In this document: positions 36,350 through 46,149 of the stretch, piece after piece
Layout: each line of letters starts with the position of its first letter
Numbering within the stretch: the stretch's first letter is position 1
From: Dehalococcoidia bacterium
Lineage (GTDB): Bacteria; Chloroflexota; Dehalococcoidia; Dehalococcoidales; BS750m-G39
Reading direction: 5' to 3'
DNA length: 59,607 nucleotides
Assembly: GCA_011176635.1 (NCBI GenBank)
Contig: DUEC01000027.1
Span: 1 to 59,607 of the forward strand
The notes under the pieces: model-generated
Told to the model about the DNA's origin: nothing
The model's database searches: none
Seen by the model: the letters and a program-made list of their open reading frames with translations, nothing else
Made by a program: the position numbers and the translations under genes

Positions 36350-36805
36350 ATGAGAAAGGATATCCTGGATAGCATCGCCACCGACCTGCTATCGGTGCCC
36401 CCTCTTATTTTTAGAGGCATAGGCAGAAAACTGCTAAAGACGGCGCTGGGCAGTGTTGATATGGATATTTCGCCGCTCCAGTTCGGGGTTATGAAGCTAC
36501 TCAAGGAAACGGGAACCCTGCACATCGCTGAGATTGGAGAAAGGTTACAGGTATCAAGGGCACAGATGACCCACCTGGTAGACAGGCTGGTTGATCTGGG
36601 TATAGTCGAAAGGCGGATGGATACCGTCGACAGAAGAATGACCAATATTGTGCTTACCGCTAAAGGCGAAGCTACCCTGGAAGAACACAGCATTCTAATA
36701 AGGAAGGCCACCAAGGAAACCCTATCCGGCCTCACCGATGAGGAACTGGCCGACCTATCGGATTCGCTGCAAAAACTGCAGGCTATCCTATCCAGGCTGC
36801 AGTAG
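36350..36805 (+). CDS. MarR family transcriptional regulator
   Basis: 151 aa. The winged HTH sequence (..LHIAEIGERLQVSRAQMTHLVDRLVDLGIVERR.D..DRR) is typical of MarR. Confidence 0.86.
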   Translation: MRKDILDSIATDLLSVPPLIFRGIGRKLLKTALGSVDMDISPLQFGVMKLLKETGTLHIAEIGERLQVSRAQMTHLVDRLVDLGIVERRMDTVDRRMTNIVLTAKGEATLEEHSILIRKATKETLSGLTDEELADLSDSLQKLQAILSRLQ

Positions 36806-36863
36806 CTGTCCCCTATGCAACCGCTACCGGGTAAACCTGCTTTTTTAAGGACAGACGATTGCC

Positions 36864-38264
36864 ATGATAAATAACCGGAATAAAAGCGTGCTTGACGACA
36901 GCCGAATCGGCCGGCTGCTGTTTAAGCTGTCCCTGCCTACCTTTATCGGCATGTTTGTCATGACCCTTTACAACGTGGTCGACACGATTTTCATCGGTCA
37001 CTACGTCGGCACCCTTGGTATCGCCGGGCTTTCCATCGTTTTCCCCCTGCAGTTACTGTCGGTGGGCATCGGGGAAATGACGGGGATGGGCGGGGCATCG
37101 CTGATTTCAAGGTCACTCGGCGCCGGCGATAAGCCCAAGGCAGAGAGAACGCTGGGCAACGCCCTGACGGCTAACATCTTGCTATCGGTGGCCATGATGA
37201 TAGCCTGCCTGGCCAACCCCGACTTCTGGCTCAGGCTTATGGGCTCTTCGGAGACTATCCTCCCCTACGCGAGGGAATACATGGTAATTATCATCTTCGG
37301 TATGCTCTTCATGACCTTCGCCATGGCATCAAATAATCTGATAAGAGCCGAAGGCAACGCCCGCGTACCGATGATAGGCATGATTATCGGCGCCGTATTG
37401 AACATTATACTGGACGCCATATTCATCATACCGCTGGGGATGGGAGTACAGGGGGCGGCGCTGGCCACAGTGATAGCCCAGCTAATCTCCGTTCTCTACT
37501 TTATGAACTATTATTTTAGGGGGAAGAGCTTCCTTAAGATTCACACCAAGAACCTGATTATCAAATGGCAGATAATGAGAGAGATTCTGGCGATAGGAAT
37601 TGCCTCGTTCGTGAGGATGGTGGCTGGCAGCATATCGGCTATTTTCGTCAACAGAATGCTGGTTACTTACGGCGGCGACCTGGCCATCTCCGCCTTCGGC
37701 ATCATTCACCGCATAATGATGTTCGCCCTCATGCCGGCTATCGTTATCGGCGGGGGCTTGCAGCCGATACTAGGCTTCAACTACGGGGCCAAGCGCTACG
37801 GCCGGGCAATCAGGGCCATAATGATAGCCATAGCGGCGGCTACCGCCTTCGGGCTGTTGGTCTTCGGGGCTCTCTATTTCGCCCCGGAACCGTTTATCCG
37901 CATCTTCACCAACGATACCGGGCTGATTGCTCTAACCGCTTACGCCGCCAAGCGCATCTTCCTGGGCATGTACCTGATAGGGGTTATAATGGTCGGCTCT
38001 CTGGTCTTCCAGTCAATCGGCAAGGCCCTTGAGTCGTTCATCACCGCGGTATCAAGGCCAATCCTGTTCCTGATTCCCCTGATATTCATACTGCCGCCCC
38101 TCTGGCAGCTAGACGGCGTCTGGTGGGCATTCCCCATGGCTGATGGGCTTACCTTCCTGCTGACCTTAGGCTTTCTTATCCCCCAGCTAAGAGAGCTCAG
38201 ACATAAAGACCGGCTAATCAAGCTGGAAGCCCAACCCGGTGTTAGTCCCCGACCGAAATTCTGA
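36864..38264 (+). CDS. MATE family efflux transporter
   Basis: 466 aa with 12 TM segments. The N-terminus ..LLFKLSLPTFIGMFVMTLYNVVDTIFIGH.. is typical of NorM/DinF-type MATE proteins. Confidence 0.88.
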   Translation: MINNRNKSVLDDSRIGRLLFKLSLPTFIGMFVMTLYNVVDTIFIGHYVGTLGIAGLSIVFPLQLLSVGIGEMTGMGGASLISRSLGAGDKPKAERTLGNALTANILLSVAMMIACLANPDFWLRLMGSSETILPYAREYMVIIIFGMLFMTFAMASNNLIRAEGNARVPMIGMIIGAVLNIILDAIFIIPLGMGVQGAALATVIAQLISVLYFMNYYFRGKSFLKIHTKNLIIKWQIMREILAIGIASFVRMVAGSISAIFVNRMLVTYGGDLAISAFGIIHRIMMFALMPAIVIGGGLQPILGFNYGAKRYGRAIRAIMIAIAAATAFGLLVFGALYFAPEPFIRIFTNDTGLIALTAYAAKRIFLGMYLIGVIMVGSLVFQSIGKALESFITAVSRPILFLIPLIFILPPLWQLDGVWWAFPMADGLTFLLTLGFLIPQLRELRHKDRLIKLEAQPGVSPRPKF

Positions 38265-38281
38265 TATTAGATGTATGCGGC

Positions 38282-38722
38282 TTAAAAGTACATCTGGCCG
38301 GGGCCAACGCTGAAGTGGAAGATGGGCTTATCTATCCTAGGGAAATATAACGGGCAGTGCTGCAACCCCTTGGGGATAAAGACCAGACAGCTCTTGTTGA
38401 TGACGTGCTTCTCGTCCCCCAGGTATAACACAGCTTCGCCGTTCAGCTCACGCATATTATTCGTGTCGGAGCCGAAGAAGCCCAGGATTTCGTCATAATC
38501 ATGGCTATGGGCCTGCGGCCCCAGCTTTTCAATGGGAACATCGGACGGGGGCCTCATTCCGGGCATCAGCCAGACGCACTCCATGTAGAAGGCACCGTCG
38601 ATAACCTCGTGGTCCAGGTAGGCGATGCGGCCCGGAATCGGGCCCTGGGGGCTCCACTCTGGCTTGACGATGTTCTCCTTGGGCTCATAGACAATATACT
38701 TCCCGTATTTTGATTCGGCCAT
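38282..38722 (-). CDS. Cupin-superfamily protein, paralogue family member
   Basis: 146 aa. Motifs HSHDYDEILGFFG and IPKGLQH. The closest paralogue is 27784..28248 (shared DGAFYME, KSCLVFIP.GL.HCPL.F.RID.PIF.F). Confidence 0.62.
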   Translation of the reverse strand: MAESKYGKYIVYEPKENIVKPEWSPQGPIPGRIAYLDHEVIDGAFYMECVWLMPGMRPPSDVPIEKLGPQAHSHDYDEILGFFGSDTNNMRELNGEAVLYLGDEKHVINKSCLVFIPKGLQHCPLYFPRIDKPIFHFSVGPGQMYF

Positions 38723-38731
38723 TTTTAATCT

Positions 38732-39181
38732 TTAAGTCTCCTTCCTTTTATATTCACCGGCAAAGAAAAGGTCGTGGAACAGGATGGGCTTAGCCGGGTT
38801 ATTCACCTTCTTGAAATTGAGCGGGCAGTGCATCATTCCGGCAGGAACGTAGACCACGGTAGCCGTGGTAAAGACGAACTTCTCTAATGCGTCCTCACTC
38901 TCGCCCAGGGTCAACTCGACCTCTCCCCCCAGGTCGGGCATACTTTTCATGTCTCCGCCGACGAAGATGAGGAACTGGTCGAAGTCATGGGCGTGGGTCT
39001 CCGAAACCATCTCGAAAGGCTCGGAGATGGGCCACCAGCTCAGCGAGAAATTCTTGCTACCGAGGCTCTGGTCACTCACCAGGCCCAGGACCGGGTTTTT
39101 AACCTCAAGGTGCCGTTTTTGTATATCTTCCGGTACCTGCATGTTTCTTCTGATGTATCTTTCCAACTTTGATTCTGCCAT
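38732..39181 (-). CDS. Cupin-superfamily protein, more divergent paralogue
   Basis: 149 aa with a GAGGAG SD. Motifs HAHDFDQFLIFVG and VPAGMMH; it shares the LGGEVEL.LG block. Confidence 0.58.
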   Translation of the reverse strand: MAESKLERYIRRNMQVPEDIQKRHLEVKNPVLGLVSDQSLGSKNFSLSWWPISEPFEMVSETHAHDFDQFLIFVGGDMKSMPDLGGEVELTLGESEDALEKFVFTTATVVYVPAGMMHCPLNFKKVNNPAKPILFHDLFFAGEYKRKET

Positions 39182-39266
39182 TGGTTTCTCCTCTAAGTCA
39201 AAATCGGTGGTAGCAAAGTGATACGGCCTAACAGAGTTCTTTAGTCCATCTTGATTACCTCCTGCA

Positions 39267-40238
39267 CTATTCCCTGGGCAGCAGACCGAAAGGCACCTGT
39301 TGTCTTAGCTCGTCTATCGTCCACCTGCCCCCGTACTTAATCAGGGTCCTGGCTATTTCGGGCTCCGAGTAAAGACTAATGATGGGTCCGCCCACGTTAA
39401 AGACCTTGCCGTTTATCTTAGCCGATTCCTCGGAGGCAAGATAGGCTATAAATGGGGCCAGCTCCTCGGGAGCGGGGGTATTCTCTGATGAGAAGGCAAA
39501 ACTCCTGTCCATCCAGGGGCTTTCCGCCTCAGCAACCGCCTTATCGTAGGCTTCCAGCTCAAAAGAGGCGCGCGTCAGGGCAAAGGGAGCAAAGGCGTTG
39601 CAGGTTATACCATACGGAGCCAGCTCTTTAGCCACCGCCCTGGTCAGACCCACCACCCCGGCGTTGGCGGCGCAATACTCGGCGTGCTTAAGAATATCGC
39701 CCAGAAAAGCCCGCGAGGTGCAGTTTATTATCCGCCCCCACTTCTGTTTCATCATGAAGGGGACGGCATGGCGAATGCAGTTGAAATAGCCCTTGGGCTT
39801 GGTGAGAGTAACCCTGTCCCAGAGCTCCTCGCTCATCTCCCAGAGAGGGCTGAAGCCGAAAGTCCCGGCCACGTTCAGCAGAATATCAATCCTGCCGAAG
39901 CTATCAACCGCCTTCTGTATCAGCTTGCCGGCGACCTCAAAATCGGAGATATCGCCAAAGAAAGACACCGCCTCACCGCCTTTTGCTCTTATCGCCTGGG
40001 CGGTGGTCTCGGCATCTCCAGTCGCCTCCTCCAGCTGCTTTGACAGGCGCTCCTTCTGCTCGGCGCTCATTGATTTGAGAATCTTTTCGCTCATATGAGC
40101 ATAACCGGTAGACCCCGGGCGGCGGTTATTGGTAACCACCTTGGCGCCCTCCTCGGCTACACCCACGGCGATGGCCCTACCAATCCCCTGACCGGAGCCG
40201 GTAACCACCGCCACTTTGCCTTTTAATATCTCGCCCAT
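39267..40238 (-). CDS. SDR family oxidoreductase (extended C-terminus)
   Basis: The ORF is 39267..40247. I prefer the ATG at 40238 after GAGGGAAG. Motifs: TGSGQGIGRAIA (TGxxxGIG), NVAG, and a YCAANAG context (YxxxK-like). Confidence 0.8.
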   Translation of the reverse strand: MGEILKGKVAVVTGSGQGIGRAIAVGVAEEGAKVVTNNRRPGSTGYAHMSEKILKSMSAEQKERLSKQLEEATGDAETTAQAIRAKGGEAVSFFGDISDFEVAGKLIQKAVDSFGRIDILLNVAGTFGFSPLWEMSEELWDRVTLTKPKGYFNCIRHAVPFMMKQKWGRIINCTSRAFLGDILKHAEYCAANAGVVGLTRAVAKELAPYGITCNAFAPFALTRASFELEAYDKAVAEAESPWMDRSFAFSSENTPAPEELAPFIAYLASEESAKINGKVFNVGGPIISLYSEPEIARTLIKYGGRWTIDELRQQVPFGLLPRE

Positions 40239-40320
40239 AGGACTCACTTCCCTCTTAAATTAATCTCTTCCAGAAAGGATACCCGCAAGTATTAAAGTCA
40301 GGAGCAATCTCAAGTTATGG

Positions 40321-41298
40321 TTAAAACCTGAGGCAGGCTACATAGTGGTTAGCGCCAACCTTGCGGAGCGGTGGCGCCTCCTGGCTGCAGGTCGATGCAG
40401 CTTCGGTGCAGCGCGTGTGGAATCGGCACCCGGGAGGAGGATTCAAGGGCGATGGCATCTCCCCGCTCAATATTATCTGTTTTCTTCCTTTTTCCTCGTC
40501 CTCAGGCAACCTCAAGAGCGATGCCGATATCAATGCCTTTGTGTAGGGATGCAAAGGCCGCTTGAACAGCTCCTCCGCCCCCCCGTATTCCACTATCTGC
40601 CCCAGATACATTATGGCCACAGTGTGGCTCATATACCTTACCGTTGCCAGGTTATGGGCTATGACCAGATAGCTTAAATTGCTCTTCGTCTGGAGGTCTT
40701 TGAGCAGATTCATTATCTGCGCCCGAATCGAGACGTCCAGGGCTGAGACGGGCTCATCCAGAATGACCAGGCTGGGGTTCAAGGCCAGGGCACGCGCCAC
40801 CGCAATCCGCTGCCGCTGTCCTCCGCTGAACTCATGCGGGTATTGGTCGACATGGTCCGCTCTGAGCCCAACCTGCTCTAACAGCTCCACTACCCGACTC
40901 CGAATCTGCCCCTTTGATTTCTTGGTGTTCACCACCAGCGGCTCGGCCACGATATCTCTCACCCGCATCCTGGGGTTCATGGAGCTCCACGGGTTCTGCT
41001 GTACCGAACCCAGGCTGGGCCGGTACTCCCTAGCCAGCTGCGAGCGGGAGAATTTCCTGAGGTCACGCCCTTCAAAGAGGATACTCCCCGAGGTCAACTT
41101 CTCCTGGAGCAGCACCGCCTTGGCCGTAGTCGTCTTGCCGGCGCCCGACTCCCCAACCAGGCTCAGCGTCTTGCCCCGCTCTATGGTGAACGATATGCCG
41201 TCCACCGCCCTTACCCAGCCGACGGTGCGCTGGAGAAAACCTTTTTTAATCGGGTAGTGCTTCGTCAGGTCGCACCCTTCCAATAAAACATCAGCCAT
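40321..41298 (-). CDS. Oligopeptide/dipeptide ABC transporter ATP-binding protein (OppF/DppF-like)
   Basis: 325 aa. Walker A GESGAGKTT, signature FSGGQRQR, Walker B LVILDEP, and the C-terminal oligopeptide-ABC extension (PPGCRFHTRC). Confidence 0.88.
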   Translation of the reverse strand: MADVLLEGCDLTKHYPIKKGFLQRTVGWVRAVDGISFTIERGKTLSLVGESGAGKTTTAKAVLLQEKLTSGSILFEGRDLRKFSRSQLAREYRPSLGSVQQNPWSSMNPRMRVRDIVAEPLVVNTKKSKGQIRSRVVELLEQVGLRADHVDQYPHEFSGGQRQRIAVARALALNPSLVILDEPVSALDVSIRAQIMNLLKDLQTKSNLSYLVIAHNLATVRYMSHTVAIMYLGQIVEYGGAEELFKRPLHPYTKALISASLLRLPEDEEKGRKQIILSGEMPSPLNPPPGCRFHTRCTEAASTCSQEAPPLRKVGANHYVACLRF

Positions 41299-41301
41299 GG
41301 T

Positions 41302-42270
41302 CTATTGCACCCTCCAACATGATACCGAGTGCCCATCGCTAATCTCCACCTGATGGGGCTCTCTCTTGCGGCAAACATCGGTGGCGACAGAGCAGCGGGG
41401 GTAGAATCGGCAGCCGGGAGGCAAGTTCATCAGCGAGGGAGGCTGCCCTTTAATCGAGTAAAGCCGTTTATCCTTATGGTCCAGACGAGGCACCGAGTCC
41501 ATCATAGCCACGGTATAAGGATGTTTGGGGGCTTTGAACAATTCGCTGGTCGTAGCCGTCTCAACTATCTTACCGGCATACATCACCCCTACCCGATGGC
41601 ACATATTGGCCACGACCCCGAAGTCGTGGGTAATAAAGATTATCGAGATATTGGTCTTTTTCTGAACATCCTTAAACAGGGCCAGGTACTGGGCCTGTAT
41701 GGTGGCATCGAGAGCAGTGGTGGGCTCATCGGCTATCAACAGGCGGGGGCGGCAGGACATGGCGATGGCTCCCACCACCCGCTGCCTCATCCCCCCGCTC
41801 ATCTGAAAAGGATATTCCCCCAAAATCGTCTCCGGCGAAGGAATCTTAAGCAACCGCAGCGCCGAAATGACCTCCGGTTCAACCATATTATCAGGCAGGT
41901 CATGGCGCATCCGCACCGCTTCGGCTATCTGGTCGCCGATGGAGTAAACCGGGTTAAGCGAAGTCATCGGGTCCTGGAGAATCATAGAAATCTCTCTACC
42001 GCGATAGGCCCTCATCTCCTTCTTGTCCAGCTCCAGGAGGTTCGTCCCATCGAAGACAACCTTGCCAGCGACAATCCTGCCCGCCGGTTCGGGAAGCAAG
42101 CGAAGGATAGACAAAGCGGTTACCGTCTTGCCACAAGCGGATTCGCCGACCAGCCCGAAGGTCTCCCCCTCACGCACGTAGAAGCTTATCCCGTCGACGG
42201 CCTTGACCACGCCCCTCCGGGTGAAGAAAAAGGTGTGCAGGTCCTCTACTTCAAGAAGAACTTTGCTCAT
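41302..42270 (-). CDS. Oligopeptide/dipeptide ABC transporter ATP-binding protein (OppD/DppD-like)
   Basis: 322 aa. Motifs GESACGKT, MSGGMRQR, LLIADEPTTALD, PPGCRFYPRC. Confidence 0.88.
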   Translation of the reverse strand: MSKVLLEVEDLHTFFFTRRGVVKAVDGISFYVREGETFGLVGESACGKTVTALSILRLLPEPAGRIVAGKVVFDGTNLLELDKKEMRAYRGREISMILQDPMTSLNPVYSIGDQIAEAVRMRHDLPDNMVEPEVISALRLLKIPSPETILGEYPFQMSGGMRQRVVGAIAMSCRPRLLIADEPTTALDATIQAQYLALFKDVQKKTNISIIFITHDFGVVANMCHRVGVMYAGKIVETATTSELFKAPKHPYTVAMMDSVPRLDHKDKRLYSIKGQPPSLMNLPPGCRFYPRCSVATDVCRKREPHQVEISDGHSVSCWRVQ

Positions 42271-43157
42271 ATTTGCCTCAGCCTGGGGTCAAGCTTATCG
42301 CGAAGCCAATCGCCCATAAAGTTCCCGGCCATCACCACCAGCCCGATGGCTACGCCCGGGAAGGTAGATATCCACCAGGCGACATCCAGGAGACTCCTGC
42401 CATCGTTTACCATGTTCCCCCATGACGCGGCTGGAGGCGGGATGCCGGCGCCAAGGTAGCTCAAAACAGCCTCCGTCAGAATCACCATACCCACCGCTAA
42501 TGTCGACATTATTATCAGCGGATTAATAATGTTGGGGAAAATGTGTCTGACCATGATTCTCACCGGGGAGGTACCGATGATGCGCGCCTGGGCCACGAAG
42601 TCTGTCTCACGCAGTTTCAGGGCTTCTCCCCGTATCAAGCGTGCGTAGGGGGCCCAACCGAGCATAGATATAGCAATCACAACGGTCCAATAACCCGGCC
42701 CAATAGTAGCCGCAAAGAGTAGCGCTATTAAAATCGCTGGAAAGGCCAGGCTTATATCGGTTACCCGCATTAAAAAGCCGTCAGTGCGCCCTCCCAGATA
42801 GCCGGCTACTATCCCCAGCGCCGTTCCAACACCGGCGGTAATTACGATAACCATCAGCGCGACGCTTAAGGAAATCTGGGCGCCGTAGATGAGGCGGCTT
42901 AAGATGTCCCGCCCGACCAGGTCCGTTCCCAGGATATGAGCGGTACTGCCCCCCTCCATAAAGGCTGGCGGCATAAGCCTATCCGTTAACGCTATCTGGT
43001 CATAGGGATAAGGCGCCAGTAAGGGGGCGAATATGGCCATAATCATCGCCACGAGCAACACTACCGCCGGGATAATAAAGGTTAAATTGAGGAAAATCGA
43101 CTTCGGTCGCTTTACCCCGCTAACCTTATCCAAACCCATAAGCTTTGTCGTAGCCAT
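42267..43157 (-). CDS. ABC transporter permease (OppC/DppC-like)
   Basis: 296 aa. Multi-TM with an EAA-like loop (..AQARIIGTSPVRIMVRHIFPN..). Confidence 0.88.
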   Translation of the reverse strand: MATTKLMGLDKVSGVKRPKSIFLNLTFIIPAVVLLVAMIMAIFAPLLAPYPYDQIALTDRLMPPAFMEGGSTAHILGTDLVGRDILSRLIYGAQISLSVALMVIVITAGVGTALGIVAGYLGGRTDGFLMRVTDISLAFPAILIALLFAATIGPGYWTVVIAISMLGWAPYARLIRGEALKLRETDFVAQARIIGTSPVRIMVRHIFPNIINPLIIMSTLAVGMVILTEAVLSYLGAGIPPPAASWGNMVNDGRSLLDVAWWISTFPGVAIGLVVMAGNFMGDWLRDKLDPRLRQI

Positions 43158-43170
43158 ACCTTATAAAAAC

Positions 43171-44097
43171 CTACATTTGTTGGTATCGTATCTGCGGCTC
43201 AATGTATGCGTACAAGATGTCCACTAATAAGTTCACCAGCAGAACCATAGCTGCTACCATCAGGACAATACCCTGTACCACTGGGAAATCACGGGAAAAC
43301 AACGCATCCAGCATCAACATCCCGACGCCGGGCCAGGCGAAAACTTGCTCGGTAACTACGGTGCCGGTAACCAGCATAGCTAATATCATGCCCGCCGCCG
43401 TCAGCGGCGCTATCAGGGCATTCCTCAAGGCATGCTTCCAGATAACTATCCTCTCAGGAAGCCCTTTGATTCTGGCCATCTTGATGTATTCGCTGTCAAG
43501 GACATCCAGCATGCTGGAACGGACCAGTCGTAGCATGCCCGGCAACAGGAAAAAGGCCATGGTGGAGACCGGCAGCACATAGTGAGAAAAATCACCCATG
43601 TGGGAGGGCGGAAATATTTGCCAATACACGGAAAAGAGCAGGATGCACATGATAGCTAACCAGAAACCAGGCAACGCCTGCCCCAGGATAGCTACGAACT
43701 TTACCCCGTTGTCCATCCACGTGTCGCGTTTGACCGCCCCCAAAACCCCCAGCAAGAGCGCCACTATCATACTTAGCAAGAATGCCGGGACAGCCAATAG
43801 TAAGGAATTGTCCAGTCTCTCCCAAATCATCTCGGTTACCGGCCGCCTCTGGCCAAGAAGGGATTCGCCGAGGTCGCCCTGAGCCAGGTCGGTTATGAAA
43901 ATCCAGTACTGTTCCGGTAAGGGTTTATCCAGGCCCAGATTGGCTCTGATACGGGCTATGTCTTCCTCTGTAGACATGCTGGTTCGGTACAGCATGGTGG
44001 GGTCTCCGGAAGCCCGAACCAGGAGAAAGATTAATACCGAGATACCGATGAGGGCTACAAATGACTGGAGCAAGCGCACTATGATGAAGCGCGTCAT
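43171..44097 (-). CDS. ABC transporter permease (OppB/DppB-like)
   Basis: 308 aa. The N-terminus IIVRLLQSFVALIGISVLIFLLVR and the loop YIKMARIKGLPERIV.KHALRNA are typical. Confidence 0.88.
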   Translation of the reverse strand: MTRFIIVRLLQSFVALIGISVLIFLLVRASGDPTMLYRTSMSTEEDIARIRANLGLDKPLPEQYWIFITDLAQGDLGESLLGQRRPVTEMIWERLDNSLLLAVPAFLLSMIVALLLGVLGAVKRDTWMDNGVKFVAILGQALPGFWLAIMCILLFSVYWQIFPPSHMGDFSHYVLPVSTMAFFLLPGMLRLVRSSMLDVLDSEYIKMARIKGLPERIVIWKHALRNALIAPLTAAGMILAMLVTGTVVTEQVFAWPGVGMLMLDALFSRDFPVVQGIVLMVAAMVLLVNLLVDILYAYIEPQIRYQQM

Positions 44098-44359
44098 CGG
44101 CTCTTTTCCTTAATACAATATCTGGCTGGCACGGCGTCAGTCCGCATATTACTAAGACTTGCCACTATTATATATCCTTGCCGACGAATTGCCAAATATT
44201 CTTGCCTCCGGGCCGAAAGCTAATCTTTATTCAGTCGGAAGTTTTAGCTACCCGCCCGGCAGGCAAGAGCACAGTTTAATTAAGAACCGTAATTTTAGGC
44301 CACACCAAAGGGCTCCGGGGAGCGAGCTTGCGCCCCCCGGAACCCCATTGCCCAACCTT

Positions 44360-44380
44360 GTAGAACAAGTATTGTTCTAC
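44360..44380 (-). other. Perfect 8-bp hairpin overlapping the stop codon of the substrate-binding-protein gene (possible intra-operon attenuator or mRNA stabiliser)
   Basis: gtagaaca (44360-44367) pairs with tgttctac (44373-44380) across a 5-nt loop. It lies at the start of the 279-nt gap between the SBP and permease genes. A second stem, tccgggg/ccccgga, lies about 40 nt further downstream on the minus strand. Confidence 0.3.
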
Positions 44381-45939
44381 CTGGCCTCAATGTCCGCGTA
44401 AGCGTCGGCCATGGTCATCCAAAGACCCCAGCCGAAATCACCAATGACATCGTCGTTGACGACCATCTGGTCGAATACCAAGGCAACACCAAAGTTCACG
44501 AGCATAACATCATTTACGTAAGTCATAAACTCTGACCAGTACTGCTCGCACAACTCGGGGTCAGGCTCATGGACCGCCTTTTCATAGAGCACCACCGCTT
44601 GTGGGTCGTTCCCGCAGGTGTGCACGCCACCGCAGTACATGTTGAATGAGTGGTAGACGTTGTTAGCCCAGGCGTCAGGGTATACCCACGGGAAAATGGC
44701 GCCTTGACTGGGGAAGTCCGGCTCGTCATAATGCGGGACGAAGAACATGCCGGCCCACTCAAAGGGGTCGACAATGTTTATCCGTGTCTGGATGCCCGCC
44801 GCCGACCAGTAGCCCTGGAGTATCAGCATTAAATCAGCTGTATACGCGGTGCCAGTCTGAACCCATATGTCTATTATCGGGTCATCGAAGTCATCCGGAT
44901 AGCCAGCGTCCGCTAGCAACGATTGGGCCATAGCCAGATCGTATGTTTCAGGCTCCCAATCATCGTCCCAGCCCCAGCTGCCCTGCCACATGAACCACCG
45001 GCCTCCCGGTTCGGCATAACCATGGAAGAAGGTCGCGCAGAGCTCCTCATAGTCAATAGCATAGGTTAAGGCCTGTCGGACCCTTATGTCATAAGTCGGA
45101 CCTGCTTCCGGCATCCAGGTGCCCGGTATACTAAGCATTATTCCGGTGGGAACCCCGGCTGATTGCAATCTCCAACCCTCGTCTCCCAAATCGAGGGCAC
45201 GGTCAAGGGAGATACCAGTGATGATATCAACCTCTCCCCGCTCGAGCATGGCAACTTGGGTCGATTCCTCAGGGACTACATATTGGATAAGAGTCTCGAA
45301 GTCGGGTATAGTGCGCCAGTGTTCCGTGTTGGCAGTCATTTCAATATAATCACCCGAAACGAAACTCTCGAATATCCAAGGCCCGGAGCCGATGGGGTGC
45401 TCCTCAAAATAGTCCCATCCGTTCGCTTCGATATAGGCCTGGGGCAGAACCCGCGTGGCGGCAAAACAAATTGCCAGTGGAATCTCAGGCTCTATGGTCT
45501 GATAGACAAAAGTGTAGTCATCAGAGCAATACATGGTATCGAAGTTGTAGCTTAAGTAAGGAGACCATGGATTCCACGATTCGGGTGACTGCATGTGTTC
45601 CACAGAGAACATGACGTCGGCGGAGGTAAGCGGGTCGCCGTTGTGGAAGTTCACGCCTTCACGGATATCGAAGGTCCAGGTCAATCCATCCTCGCTTATC
45701 GTCCAGTCTTCAGCTATTGCCCCAACGAAGGTGCCGGTATCGTCCCACGTAATTACCGGGTCATACATGGACCAGCCAAAGAACGACTCCCCATCGATTG
45801 GGTCCATCGACTCATAAGCAAAAGTGGGCATGGAGACACGCAGGACGCTGCCGGGCGCTGGCATATCCTCACCGCAACCAGCGAGGCTTATCCCGGCAAC
45901 CAGGATAATGGCTAAAGGAATTAATAGATACTTCTTCAT
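44377..45939 (-). CDS. ABC transporter substrate-binding lipoprotein, family 5 (peptide/nickel/opine type)
   Basis: 520 aa starting MKKYLLIPLAIILVAGISLAGC (lipobox). Length and operon context fit SBP family 5. Confidence 0.85.
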   Translation of the reverse strand: MKKYLLIPLAIILVAGISLAGCGEDMPAPGSVLRVSMPTFAYESMDPIDGESFFGWSMYDPVITWDDTGTFVGAIAEDWTISEDGLTWTFDIREGVNFHNGDPLTSADVMFSVEHMQSPESWNPWSPYLSYNFDTMYCSDDYTFVYQTIEPEIPLAICFAATRVLPQAYIEANGWDYFEEHPIGSGPWIFESFVSGDYIEMTANTEHWRTIPDFETLIQYVVPEESTQVAMLERGEVDIITGISLDRALDLGDEGWRLQSAGVPTGIMLSIPGTWMPEAGPTYDIRVRQALTYAIDYEELCATFFHGYAEPGGRWFMWQGSWGWDDDWEPETYDLAMAQSLLADAGYPDDFDDPIIDIWVQTGTAYTADLMLILQGYWSAAGIQTRINIVDPFEWAGMFFVPHYDEPDFPSQGAIFPWVYPDAWANNVYHSFNMYCGGVHTCGNDPQAVVLYEKAVHEPDPELCEQYWSEFMTYVNDVMLVNFGVALVFDQMVVNDDVIGDFGWGLWMTMADAYADIEAR

Positions 45940-46102
45940 TTTGGTAAATTCTACCTCCTTAGTTGATTCTCCATAGACTATTTCCCCCCCCCTACGTCAT
46001 AGTGTACCTCCTTTCCCTACTCGAGGCCCCCTGGTTTCAAAACAAGGATTGTTTTTAGCCTCCGTTGTATCTTAAGGCTGTTTTCCACAGGGTCGTTTTC
46101 CA

Positions 46103-46130
46103 ATTATACTCCCCTCATCTGGCTTGTCAA
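46103..46130 (-). promoter_or_regulatory. Putative sigma70 promoter of the ABC transporter operon (leader of about 160 nt)
   Basis: The minus strand reads TTGACA (46130-46125), 16 nt, TATAAT (46108-46103). Confidence 0.42.
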
Positions 46131-46149
46131 TACTTGACGGAAGGATGCC

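Noticed and set aside
41329-42459. 376-aa plus-strand ORF
   Set aside because: It lies antisense to the OppD-like ATPase and OppC-like permease genes, and its composition is Arg/Gly/His-rich with no motifs.
44159-44401. 80-aa ORF in the gap between the SBP and permease genes
   Set aside because: It has a non-ATG start in the track, no SD, overlaps the SBP stop region, and has no motif. The gap is better explained by the hairpins (attenuator/stabiliser).
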